Below, piece by piece: positions 1 through 13,300 of a stretch of DNA of 64,000 bases (positions are counted from its first letter, which is position 1; each line of letters starts with the position of its first letter). The translations under genes and the position numbers were made by a program. This stretch comes from Eledone cirrhosa (Eukaryota), in NCBI GenBank assembly GCA_964016885.1, contig OZ024740.1, positions 251,720,001 to 251,784,000 on the forward strand. The letters run 5' to 3'. The notes beneath the pieces were generated by a model. The model had not been told where the DNA came from and did not search any database. It saw nothing but the letters and a program-made list of their open reading frames with translations.

Positions 1-151
1 TCTCCCCTTGGACGGCTGGAAATTATCTCCCCTTGGACGGCTAGAAATTATCTCTCTTTGGACGGCTGCAAATTATCTCCCCTTGATTTTTTTTACAAAT
101 TATCTCCCCCTGATTTTTTTACAAATTATCCCCGCATGATTTTTAAAAAAA

Positions 152-250
152 AAATTATCTCCCCTTCGCTGGCTGGAAATTATCTCCCCTTGGACGCTGG
201 AAATTATAGCCCCTTGGAGGGCTGGAAATTATCTTCCCTTGGACGGCTGG
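152..250 (+). repeat. G-monomer cassette 'S' (TTCGCTGGCTGG / 24-bp TTGGACGCTGG / TTATAGCCCCTTGGAGGG / TCTTCCC), preceded by a T-tract/A-tract junction
   Basis: Recurs dozens of times through domain A and appears in the ORF track as the DAGNYSPLEGWKLSSL motif. Confidence 0.9.
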
Positions 251-391
251 AAATTATCTCCCCTTGATTTTTTTTACAAATTATCTCCCCCTGATTTTTT
301 TTTACAAATTATCTCCCCCTGATTTTTTTTTACAAATTATCTCCCCCTGATTTTTTTTTTTACAAATTATCTCCGCCTGATTTTTAAAAAA

Positions 392-516
392 AAATTATCT
401 CCCCTTGGACGGCTGGAAATTATCTCCCCTTGGACGGCTGGAAATTATCTCCCCTTGGACGGCTAGAAATTACCTCTCCTTGGACGGCTGAAAATTATCT
501 CCCCTTGGACGGCTGC
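392..516 (+). repeat. G-monomer cassette 'E' (5 monomers ending GGCTGG, GGCTGG, GGCTAG, GGCTGA, GGCTGC)
   Basis: The same ordered variants recur at ~1898, 3387, 14691, 16307, 24239, 30320, 31964, 41732, 43371 and 48493. Confidence 0.9.
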
Positions 517-955
517 AAATTATCTCCCCTTGATTTTTTTTACAAATTATCTCCCCCTGATTTTTTTTACAAATTATCTCCCCCTGATTTTTTTTACAAA
601 TTATCTCCCCCTGATTTTTTTTTACAAATTATCTCCCCCTGATTTTTTTTTACAAATTATCTCCCCCTGATTTTTTTTACAAATTATCTCCCCCTGATTT
701 TTTTTACAAATTATCTCCCCCTGATTTTTTTTTACAAATTATCTCCCCTTGATTTTTTTTTACAAATTATCTCCCCCTGATTTTTTTTTTACAAATTATC
801 TCCCCCTGATTTTTTTACAAATTATCTCCCCCTGATTTTTTTTACAAATTATCTCCCCCTGATTTTTTTTACAAATTATCTCCCCTTGATTTTTTTCTAC
901 AAATTATCTCCCCCTGATTTTTTTTTTACAAATTATCTCCCCCTGATTTTTTTAA
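517..955 (+). repeat. Representative 16-copy T-monomer run
   Basis: 16 consecutive AAATTATCTCCCCYTGA(T)nAC units. Equivalent runs lie at ~3512-3950, ~16432-16870, ~32089-32527 and ~43496-43933. Confidence 0.95.
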
Positions 956-1080
956 AAATTATCTTCCCTTGGCTGGCGGGAAATTATCTCCCCTTGGACG
1001 GCTGGAAATTATCTCCCCTTGGAAGGATGTAAATTATCTCCCCTTGGACGGCTGGAAATTATCTCCCCTTGCACGGCTGG
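956..1080 (+). repeat. G-monomer cassette 'G' (GGCTGGCGGG / GGACGG / GGAAGGATGT / GGACGG / GCACGG)
   Basis: Recurs at ~2490, 3951, 8070, 9841, 15255, 24776, 30884, 32528, 36724, 43934, 47174 and 49029. Confidence 0.9.
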
Positions 1081-1399
1081 AAATTATCTCCCCTTGATTT
1101 TTTTTACAAATTATCTCCCCCTGATTTTTTTTTACAAATTATCTCCCCCTGATTTTTTTTTACAAATTATCTCCCCCTGATTTTTTTTACAAATTATCTC
1201 CCCCTGATTTAAAAAAAAAAAATTATCTCCCCTTCGCTGGCTGGAAATTATCTCCCCTTGGACGCTGGAAATTATAGCCCCTTGGAGGGCTGGAAATTAT
1301 CTTCCCTTGGACGGCTGGAAATTATCTTCCCTTGGACGGCTGGAAATTATCTCCCCTTGATTTTTTTTACAAATTATCTCCCCCTGATTTTTTTTTACA

Positions 1400-4300
1400 A
1401 ATTATCTCCCCCTGATTTTTTTTACAAATTATCTCCCCCTGATTTTTTTTACAATCTCCGCCTGATTTTTTAAAAAATTATCTTCCCTTGGCTGGCGGGA
1501 AATTATCTCCCCTTGGACGGCTGGAAATTATCTCCCCTTGGACGGCTAGAAATTATCTCTCTTTGGACGGCTGGAAATTATCTCCCCTTGATTTTTTTTA
1601 CAAATTATCTCCCCCTGATTTTTTTTACAAATTATCCCCGCATGATTTTTAAAAAAAAAATTATCTCCCCTTCGCTGGCTGGAAATTATCTCCCCTTGGA
1701 CGCTGGAAATTATAGCCCCTTGGAGGGCTGGAAATTATCTTCCCTTGGACGGCTGGAAATTATCTCCCCTTAATTTTTTTTACAAATTATCTCCCCCTGA
1801 TTTTTTTTTACAAATTATCTCCCCCTGATTTTTTTTTACAAATTATATCCCCCTGATTTTTTTTTTTACAAATTATCTCCGCCTGATTTTTAAAAAAAAA
1901 TTATCTCCCCTTGGACGGCTGGAAATTATCTCCCCTTGGACGGCTGGAAATTATCTCCCCTTGGACGGCTAGAAATTACCTCTCCTTGGACGGCTGAAAA
2001 TTATCTCCCCTTGGACGGCTGCAAATTATCTCCCCTTGATTTTTTTTACAAATTATCTCCCCCTGATTTTTTTTACAAATTATCTCCCCCTGATTTTTTT
2101 TACAAATTATCTCCCCCTGATTTTTTTTTACAAATTATCTCCCCCTGATTTTTTTTTACAAATTATCTCCCCCTGATTTTTTTTACAAATTATCTCCCCC
2201 TGATTTTTTTTACAAATTATCTCCCCCTGATTTTTTTTTACAAATTATCTCCCCTTGATTTTTTTTTACAAATTATCTGCCCCTGATTTTTTTTTTACAA
2301 ATTATCTCCCCCTGATTTTTTTACAAATTATCTCCCCCTGATTTTTTTTACAAATTATCTCCCCCTGATTTTTTTTACAAATTATCTCCCCTTGATTTTT
2401 TTTTACAAATTATCTCCCCTTGATTTTTTTTTACAAATTATCTCCCCCTGATTTTTTTTTTACAAATTATCTCCCCCTGATTTTTTTAAAAATTATCTTC
2501 CCTTGGCTGGCGGGAAATTATCTCCCCTTGGACGGCTGGAAATTATCTCCCCTTGGAAGGATGTAAATTATCTCCCCTTGGACGGCTGGAAATTATCTCC
2601 CCTTGCACGGCTGGAAATTATCTCCCCTTGATTTTTTTTACAAATTATCTCCCCCTGATTTTTTTTTACAAATTATCTCCCCCTGATTTTTTTTTACAAA
2701 TTATCTCCCCCTGATTTTTTTTACAAATTATCTCCCCCTGATTTTTTAAAAAAAAATTATCTCCCCTTCGCTGGCTGGAAATTATCTCCCCTTGGACGCT
2801 GGAAATTATAGCCCCTTGGAGGGCTGGAAATTATCTTCCCTTGGACGGCTGGAAATTATCTTCCCTTGGACGGCTGGAAATTATCTCCCCTTGATTTTTT
2901 TTACAAATTATCTCCCCCTGATTTTTTTTTACAAATTATCTCCCCCTGATTTTTTTTACAAATTATCTACCCCTGATTTTTTTTACAAATTATCTCCCCC
3001 TGATTTTTTTTTACAAATTATCTCCCTCTGATTTTTTTTTACAAATTATCTCCCCCTGATTTTTTTTTTACAAATTATCTCCCCCTGATTTTTTTACAAA
3101 TTATCTCCCCCTGATTTTTTTTACAATCTCCGCCTGATTTTTTAAAAAATTATCTCCCCTTCGCTGGCTGGAAATTATCTCCCCTTGGACGCTGGAAATT
3201 ATAGCCCCTTGGAGGGCTGGAAATTATCTTCCCTTGGACGGCTGGAAATTATCTCCCCTTGATTTTTTTTACAAATTATCTCCCCCTGATTTTTTTTTAC
3301 AAATTATCTCCCCCTGATTTTTTTTTACAAATTATCTCCCCCTGATTTTTTTTTTTACAAATTATCTCCGCCTGATTTTTAAAAAAAAATTATCTCCCCT
3401 TGGACGGCTGGAAATTATCTCCCCTTGGACGGCTGGAAATTATCTCCCCTTGGACGGCTAGAAATTACCTCTCCTTGGACGGCTGAAAATTATCTCCCCT
3501 TGGACGGCTGCAAATTATCTCCCCTTGATTTTTTTTACAAATTATCTCCCCCTGATTTCTTTTACAAATTATCTCCCCCTGATTTTTTTTACAAATTATC
3601 TCCCCCTGATTTTTTTTTACAAATTATCTCCCCCTGATTTTTTTTTACAAATTATCTCCCCCTGATTTTTTTTACAAATTATCTCCCCCTGATTTTTTTT
3701 ACAAATTATCTCCCCCTGATTTTTTTTTACAAATTATCTCCCCTTGATTTTTTTTTACAAATTATCTCCCCCTGATTTTTTTTTTACAAATTATCTCCCC
3801 CTGATTTTTTTACAAATTATCTCCCCCTGATTTTTTTTACAAATTATCTCCCCCTGATTTTTTTTACAAATTATCTCCCCTTGATTTTTTTTTACAAATT
3901 ATCTCCCCCTGATTTTTTTTTTACAAATTATCTCCCCCTGATTTTTTTAAAAATTATCTTCCCTTGGCTGGCGGGAAATTATCTCCCCTTGGACGGCTGG
4001 AAATTATCTCCCCTTGGAAGGATGTAAATTATCTCCCCTTGGACGGCTGGAAATTATCTCCCCTTGCACGGCTGGAAATTATCTCCCCTTGATTTTTTTT
4101 ACAAATTATCTCCCCCTGATTTTTTTTTACAAATTATCTCCCCCTGATTTTTTTTTACAAATTATCTCCCCCTGATTTTTTTTACAAATTATCTCCCCCT
4201 GATTTAAAAAAAAAAAATTATCTCCCCTTCGCTGGCTGGAAATTATCTCCCCTTGGACGCTGGAAATTATAGCCCCTTGGAGGGCTGGAAATTATCTTCC

Positions 4301-7300
4301 CTTGGACGGCTGGAAATTATCTTCCCTTGGACGGCTGGAAATTATCTCCCCTTGATTTTTTTTACAAATTATCTCCCCCTGATTTTTTTTTACAAATTAT
4401 CTCCCCCTGATTTTTTTTTACAAATTATCTCCCCCTGATTTTTTTTTTACAAATTATCTCCGCTTGATTTTTTAAAAAAAATTATCTCCCCTTGGACGGT
4501 TGGAAATTATCTCCCCTTGGACGGCTAGAAATTATCTCTCCTTGGACGGCTGAAAATTATCTCCCCTTGGACGGCTGCAAATTATCTCCCCTTGATTTTT
4601 TTTACAAATTATCTCCCCCTGATTTTTTTTTACAAATTATCTCCCCCTGATTTTTTTTTACAAATTATCTCCCCTTGATTTTTTTTTACAAATTATCTCC
4701 CCCTGATTTTTTTTTTACAAATTATCTCCCCCTGATTTTTTTACAAATTATCTCCCCCTGATTTTTTTTACAAATTATCTCCCCCTGATTTTTTTTACAA
4801 ATTATCTCCCCTTGATTTTTTTTCACAAATTATCTCCCCCTGATTTTTTTTTTACAAATTATCTCCCCCTGATTTTTTTAAAAATTATCTTCCCTAGGCT
4901 GGCGGGAAATTATCTCCCCTTGGACGGCTGGAAATTATCTCCCCTTGGAAGGATGTAAATTATCTCCCCTTGGACGGCTGGAAATTATCTCCCCTTGCAC
5001 GGCTGGAAATTATCTCCCCTTGATTTTTTTTACAAATTATCTCCCCCTGATTTTTTTTTACAAATTATCTCCCCCTGATTTTTTTTTACAAATTATCTCC
5101 CCCTGATTTTTTTTACAAATTATCTCCCCCTGATTTTAAAAAAAAAAATTATCTCCCGTTCGCTGGCTGGAAATTATCTCCCCTTGGACGCTGGAAATTA
5201 TAGCCCCTTGGAGGGCTGGAAATTATCTTCCCTTGGACGGCTGGAAATTATCTTCCCTTGGACGGCTGGAAATTATCTCCCCTTGATTTTTTTTTCCAAA
5301 TTATCTCCCCCTGATTTTTTTTTACAAATTATCTCCCCCTGATTTTTTTTTTACAAATTATCTCCGCTTGATTTTTTAAAAAAATTATCTCCCCTTGGAC
5401 GGCTGGAAATTATCTCCCCTTGGACGGCTGGAAATTATCTCCCCTTGGACGGCTAGAAATTATCTCTCCTTGGACGGCTGAAAATTATCTCCCCTTGGAC
5501 GGCTGCAAATTATCTCCCCTTTATTTTTTTTACAAATTATCTCCCCCTGATTTTTTTTTACAAATTATCTCCCCCTCATTTTTTTACAAATTATCTACCC
5601 CTGATTTTTTTTACAAATTATCTCCCCCTGATTTTTTTTTACAAATTATCTCCCTCTGATTTTTTTTACAAATTATCTCCCCCTGATTTTTTTTTTACAA
5701 ATTATCTCCCCCTGATTTTTTTAAAAATTATCTCCCCCTGATTTTTTTACAATCTCCGCCTGATTTTTTTAAAAATTATCTTCCCTTGGCTGGCGGGAAA
5801 TTATCTCCCCTTGGACGGCTGGAAATTATCTCCCCTTGGAAGGATGGAAATTATCTCCCCTTGGACGGCTGGATATTATCTCCCCTTGCACGGCTGGAAA
5901 TTATCTCCCCTTGGCTGGAAATTATCTCCCCTTGGACGGCTAGAAATTATCTCTCTTTGGACGGCTGGAAATTATCTCCCTTTGATTTTTTTTACAAATT
6001 ATCTCCCTCTGATATTTTTTACAAATCTCCCCCTGATTTTTTAAAAAAAATTATCTCCCCTTCGCTGGCTGGAAATTATCTCCCCTTGGACACTGGAAAT
6101 TATAGCCCCTTGGAGGGCTGGAAATTATCTTCCCTTGGACGGCTGGAAATTATCTCCCCTTGATTTTTTTTACAAATTATCTCCGCCTGATTTTTTTAAA
6201 AAATTATCTCTCCTTGGACGGCTGGAAATTATCTCCCCTTGATTTTTTTTACAAATTATCTCCCCCTGATTTTTTTTACAAATTATCTACCACTGATTTT
6301 TTTTACAAATTATCTCCCCCTGATTTTTTTTACAAATTATCTCCCCCTGATTTTTCTTTTACAAATTATCTCCCCCTGATTTTTTTACAAATTATCTCCC
6401 CCTGATTTTTTTTACAAATTATCTCCGCCTGATTTTTTTAAATATTATCTTCCCTTGGCTGGCGGGAAATTATCTCCCCTTGGACGGCTGGAAATTATCT
6501 GCCCTTGATTTTGTTTTTACAAATTATCTTCCACTGATTTTTTTTACAAATTATCTCCACCTGATTTTTTAAAAAATTATCTCCCCTTGGAAGGCTGGAA
6601 ATTATCTCCCCTTGGACGGCTAGAAATTATCTCTCTTTGGACGGCTGGAAATTATCTCCCCTTGATTTTTTTTACAAATTATCTCCCCCTGATTTTTTTT
6701 ACAAATATCCCAGTGATTTTTTTTAAAAAATTATCTCCCCTTCGCTGGCTGGAAATTATCTCCCCTTGGACGCTGGAAATTATAGCCCCTTGGAGGGCTG
6801 GAAATTATCTTCCCTTGGACGGCTGGAAATTATCTCCCCTTGATTTTTTTTACAAATTATCTCCCCCTGATTTTTTTTTACAAATTATCTCCCCCTGATT
6901 TTTTTTTACAAATTATCTCCCCCTGATTTTTTTTACAACTTATCTCCGCCTGATTTTTTTTAAAAAATCATCTCCCCTTGGACGGCTGGAAATTATCTCC
7001 CCTTGGACGGCTGGAAATTATCTCTCCTTGGACGGCTAGAAATTACCTCTCCTTGGACAATTGAAAATTATCTCCCCTTGGACGGCTGGAAATTATCTCC
7101 CCTTGATTTTTTTTACAAATTATCTCCCCCTGATTTTTTTTACAAATTATCTCCCCTGATTTTTTTTTACAAATTATCTCCCCCTGATTTTTTTTTACAA
7201 ATTATCTCCCCCTGATTTTTTTTACAAATTATCTCCCCCTGATTTTTTTACAAATTATCTCCCCTTGGCTGGCTGGAAATTATCTCCCCTTGGAGGCAGG

Positions 7301-10300
7301 AATTTATCTCCCCTTGGACGGCTAGAAATTACCTCTCCTTGGACGGCAGGAAAATATGTCTCCTTGGACGGCTGGAAATTATCTCCCCTTGGACGGCTGG
7401 AAATTATCTCCCCTTGGACGGCTGGAAATTATCTCCCCTTGGACGGCTAGAAATTACCTCTCCTTGGACGGCTGAAAATTATCTCCCCTTGGACGGCTGG
7501 AAATTATCTCCCCTTGATTTTTTTACAAATTATCTCCCCCTGATTTTTTTTTACAAATTATCTCCCCCTGATTTTTTTTACAAATTATCTCCCCCTGATT
7601 TTTTTTACAAATTATCTCCCCCTGATTTTTTTTACAAATTATCTCCGCCTGATTTTTTTAAATATTATCTCTCCTTGGCTGGCGGGAAATTATCTCCCCT
7701 TGGACGGCTGCAAATTATCTCCGCTTGATTTTTTTTACAAATTATCTCCCCCTGATTTTTTTTTACAAATTATCTCCCCCTGATTTTTTTTACAAATTAT
7801 CTCCCCCTGATTTTTTTTACAAATTATCTCCCCCTGATTTTTTTTTACAAATTATCTCCCCTTGATTTTTTTTTACAAATTATCTCCCCCTGATTTTTTT
7901 TTTACAAATTATCTCCCCCTGATTTTTTTACAAATTATCTCCCCCTGATTTTTTTTACAAATTATCTCCCCCTGATTTTTTTTACAAATTATCTCCCCTT
8001 GATTTTTTTTTACAAATTATCTCCCCCTGATTTTTTTTTTACAAATTATCTCCCCCTGATTTTTTTAAAAATTATCTTCCCTTGGCTGGCGGGAAATTAT
8101 CTCCCCTTGGACGGCTGGAAATTATCTCCCCTTGGAAGGATGTAAATTATCTCCCCTTGGACGGCTGGAAATTATCGCCCCTTGCACGGCTGGAAATTAT
8201 CTCCCCTTGATTTTTTTTACAAATTATCTCCCCCTGATTTTTTTTTACAAATTATCTCCCCCTGATTTTTTTTTACAAATTATCTCCCCCTGATTTTTTT
8301 TACAAATTATCTCCCCCTGATTTTTAAAAAAAAAATTATCTCCCCTTCGCTGGCTGGAAATTATCTCCCCTTGGACGCTGGAAATTATAGCCCCTTGGAG
8401 GGCTGGAAATTATCTTCCCTTGGACGGCTGGAAATTATCTTCCCTTGGACGGCTGGAAATTATCTCCCCTTGATTTTTTTTACAAATTATCTCCCCCTGA
8501 TTTTTTTTTACAAATTATCTCCCCCTGATTTTTTTTTACAAATTATCTCCCCCTGATTTTTTTTTTTACAAATTATCTCCGCTTGATTTTTTAAAAAAAA
8601 TTATCTCCCCTTGGACGGCTGGAAATTATCTCCCCGTGGACGGCTGGAAATTATCTCCCCTTGGACGGCTAGAAATTATCTCTCCTTGGACGGCTGAAAA
8701 TTATCTCCCCTTGGACGGCTGCAAATTATCTCCCCTTGATTTTTTTTACAAATTATCTCCCCCTGATTTTTTTTTACAAATTATCTCCCCCTGATTTTTT
8801 TTACAAATTATCTACCCCTGATTTTTTTTACAAATTATCTCTCCCTGATTTTTTTTACAAATTATCTCCCTCTGATTTTTTTTTACAAATTATCTCCCCC
8901 TGATTTTTTTTTTACAAATTATCTCCCCCTGATTTTTTTACAAATTATCTCCCCCTGATTTTTTTTACAATCTCCGCCTGATTTTTTAAAAAATTATCTT
9001 CCCTTGGCTGGCGGGAAATTATCTCCCCTTGGACGGCTGGAAATTATCTCCCCTTGGACGGCTAGAAATTATCTCTCTTTGGACGGCTGGAAATTATCTC
9101 CCCTTGATTTTTTTTACAAATTATCTCCCCCTGATTTTTTTTACAAATTATCCCCGCATGATTTAAAAAAAAAAAATTATCTCCCCTTCGCTGGCTGGAA
9201 ATTATCTCCCCTTGGACGCTGGAAATTATAGCCCCTTGGAGGGCTGGAAATTATCTTCCCTTGGACGGCTGGAAATTATCTCCCCTTGATTTTTTTTACA
9301 AATTATCTCCCCCTGATTTTTTTTTACAAATTATCTCCCCCTGATTTTTTTTTACAAATTATCTCCCCCTGATTTTTTTTTTACAAATTATCTCCGCTTG
9401 ATTTTTTAAAAAAAATTATCTCCCCTTGGACGGCTGGAAATTATCTCCCCTTGGACGGCTGGAAATTATCTCCCCTTGGACGGCTAGAAATTATCTCTCC
9501 TTGGACGGCTGAAAATTATCTCCCCTTGGACGGCTGCAAATTATCTCCCCTTGATTTTTTTTACAAATTATCTCCCCCTGATTTTTTTTTACAAATTATC
9601 TCCCCCTGATTTTTTTTTACAAATTATCTCCCCTTGATTTTTTTTTACAAATTATCTCCCCCTGATTTTTTTTTTACAAATTATCTCCCCCTGATTTTTT
9701 TACAAATTATCTCCCCCTGATTTTTTTTACAAATTATCTCCCCCTGATTTTTTTTACAAATTATCTCCCCTTGATTTTTTTTTACAAATTATCTCCCCCT
9801 GATTTTTTTTTTACAAATTATCTCCCCCTGATTTTTTTAAAAATTATCTTCCCTTGGCTGGCGGGAAATTATCTCCCCTTGGACGGCTGGAAATTATCTC
9901 CCCTTGGAAGGATGTAAATTATCTCCCCTTGGACGGCTGGAAATTATCTCCCTTGCACGGCTGGAAATTATCTCCCCTTGATTTTTTTTACAAATTATCT
10001 CCCCCTGATTTTTTTTTACAAATTATCTCCCCCTGATTTTTTTTTACAAATTATCTCCCCCTGATTTTTTTTACAAATTATCTCCCCCTGATTTTAAAAA
10101 AAAAAATTATCTCCCCTTCGCTGGCTGGAAATTATCTCCCCTTGGACGCTGGAAATTATAGCCCCTTGGAGGGCTGGAAATTATCTTCCCTTGGACGGCT
10201 GGAAATTATCTTCCCTTGGACGGCTGGAAATTATCTCCCCTTGATTTTTTTTACAAATTATCTCCCCCTGATTTTTTTTTACAAATTATCTCCCCCTGAT

Positions 10301-13300
10301 TTTTTTTTACAAATTATCTCCCCCTGATTTTTTTTTTACAAATTATCTCCGCTTGATTTTTTAAAAAAAATTATCTCCCCTTGGACGGCTGGAAATTATC
10401 TCCCCTTGGACGGCTGGAAATTATCTCCCCTTGGACGGCTAGAAATTATCTCTCCTTGGACGGCTGAAAATTATCTCCCCTTGGACGGCTGCAAATTATC
10501 TCCCCTTGATTTTTTTTACAAATTATCTCCCCCTGATTTTTTTTTACAAATTATCTCCCCCTGATTTTTTTTTACAAATTATCTACCCCTGATTTTTTTT
10601 ACAAATTATCTCCCCCTGATTTTTTTTACAAATTATCTCCCCCTGATTTTTCTTTTACAAATTATCTCCCCCTGATTTTTTTACAAATTATCTCCCCCTG
10701 ATTTTTTTTACAAATTATCTCCGCCTGATTTTTTTAAATATTATCTTCCCTTGGCTGGCGGGAAATTATCTCCCCTTGGACGGCTGGAAATTATCTGCCC
10801 TTGATTTTGTTTTTACAAATTATCTTCCACTGATTTTTTTTACAAATTATCTCCACCTGATTTTTTAAAAAATTATCTCCCCTTGGAAGGCTGGAAATTA
10901 TCTCCCCTTGGACGGCTAGAAATTATCTCTCTTTGGACGGCTGGAAATTATCTCCCCTTGATTTTTTTTACAAATTATCTCCCCCTGATTTTCTTTACAA
11001 ATATCCCAGTGATTTTTTTTAAAAAATTATCTCCCCTTCGCTGGCTGGAAATTATCTCCCCTTGGACGCTGGAAATTATAGCCCCTTGGAGGGCTGGAAA
11101 TTATCTTCCCTTGGACGGCTGGAAATTATCTCCCCTTGATTTTTTTTACAAATTATCTCCCCCTGATTTTTTTTTACAAATTATCTCCCCCTGATTTTTT
11201 TTTACAAATTATCTCCCCCTGATTTTTTTTTACAACTTATCTCCGCCTGATTTTTTTTAAAAAATCATCTCCCCTTGGACGGCTGGAAATTATCTCCCCT
11301 TGGACGGCTGGAAATTATCTCTCCTTGGACGGCTAGAAATTACCTCTCCTTGGACGGCTGAAAATTATCTCCCCTTGGACGGCTGGAAATTATCTCCCCT
11401 TGATTTTTTTACAAATTATCTTCCCCTGATTTTTTTTACAAATTATCTCCCCTGATTTTTTTTTACAAATTATCTCCCCCTGATTTTTTTTTACAAATTA
11501 TCTCCCCCTGATTTTTTTTACAAATTATCTCCCCCTGATTTTTTTACAAATTATCTCCCCTTGGCTGGCTGGAAATTATCTCCCCTTGGAGGCAGGAATT
11601 TATCTCCCCTTGGACGGCTAGAAATTACCTCTCCTTGGACGGCTGGAAAATATGTCTCCTTGGACGGCTGGAAATTATCTCCCCTTGGACGGCTGGAAAT
11701 TATCTCCCCTTGGACGGCTGGAAATTATCTCCCCTTGGACGGCTAGAAATTACCTCTCCTTGGACGGCTGAAAATTATCTCCCCTTGGACGGCTGGAAAT
11801 TATCTCCCCTTGATTTTTTTACAAATTATCTCCCCCTGATTTTTTTTTACAAATTATCTCCCCCTGATTTTTTTTTACAAATTATCTCCCACTGATTTTT
11901 TTTTACAAATTATCTCCCCCTGATTTTTTTTTACAAATTATCTCCGCCTGATTTTTTTAAAAAAATTGTCTCCCCTTGGACGGCTGGAAATTATCTCCCC
12001 TTGGACGGCTGGAAATTATCTCCCCTTGGACGGCTAGAAATTACCTCTCCTTGGACGGCTGAAAATTATCTCCCCTTGGACGGCTGCAAATTATCTCCCC
12101 TTGATTTTTTTTACAAATTATCTCCCCCTGATTTTTTTTACAAATTATCTCCCCCTGATTTTTTTTACAAATTATCTCCCCCTGATTTTTAAAAAAAAAA
12201 TTATCTCCCCTTCGCTGGCTGGAAATTATCTCCCCTTGGACGCTGGAAATTATAGCCCCTTGGAGGGCTGGAAATTATCTTCCCTTGGACGGCTGGAAAT
12301 TATCTTCCCTTGGACGGCTGGAAATTATCTCCCCTTGATTTTTTTTACAAATTATCTCCCCCTGATTTTTTTTTACAAATTATCTCCCCCTGATTTTTTT
12401 TTACAAATTATCTCCCCCTGATTTTTTTTTTACAAATTATCTCCGCTTGATTTTTTAAAAAAAATTATCTCCCCTTGGACGGCTGGAAATTATCTCCCCT
12501 TGGACGGCTGGAAATTATCTCCCCTTGGACGGCTAGAAATTATCTCTCCTTGGACGGCTGAAAATTATCTCCCCTTGGACGGCTGCAAATTATCTCCCCT
12601 TGATTTTTTTACAAATTATCTCCCCCTGATTTTTTTTTACAAATTATCTCCCCCTGATTTTTTTTTACAAATTATCTACCCCTGATTTTTTTTACAAATT
12701 ATCTCCCCCTGATTTTTTTTACAAATTATCTCCCCCTGATTTTTCTTTTACAAATTATCTCCCCCTGATTTTTTTACAAATTATCTCCCCCTGATTTTTT
12801 TTACAAATTATCTCCGCCTGATTTTTTTAAATATTATCTTCCCTTGGCTGGCGGGAAATTATCTCCCCTTGGACGGCTGGAAATTATCTGCCCTTGATTT
12901 TTCTTTTACAAATTATCTTCCACTGATTTTTTATACAAATTATCTCCACCTGATTTTTTAAAAAATTATCTCCCCTTGGAAGGCTGGAAATTATCTCCCC
13001 TTGGACGGCTAGAAATTATCTCTCTTTGGACGGCTGGAAATTATCTCCCCTTGATTTTTTTTACAAATTATCTCCCCCTGATTTTCTTTACAAATATCCC
13101 AGTGATTTTTTTTAAAAAATTATCTCCCCTTCGCTGGCTGGAAATTATCTCCCCTTGGACGCTGGAAATTATAGCCCCTTGGAGGGCTGGAAATTATCTT
13201 CCCTTGGACGGCTGGAAATTATCTCCCCTTGATTTTTTTTACAAATTATCTCCCCCTGATTTTTTTTTACAAATTATCTCCCCCTGATTTTTTTTACAAA

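Noticed and set aside
408-432. NF-kB/NFAT sites (GGAAATT; minus strand GGGGA-GATAA-TTTCC)
   Set aside because: The half sites are spaced too far apart for the GGGRNNYYCC consensus, and a short GGAAA match is expected by chance.
517-955. Rho-independent terminators at T-tracts
   Set aside because: No GC-rich hairpin precedes the T-runs and there is no gene context.
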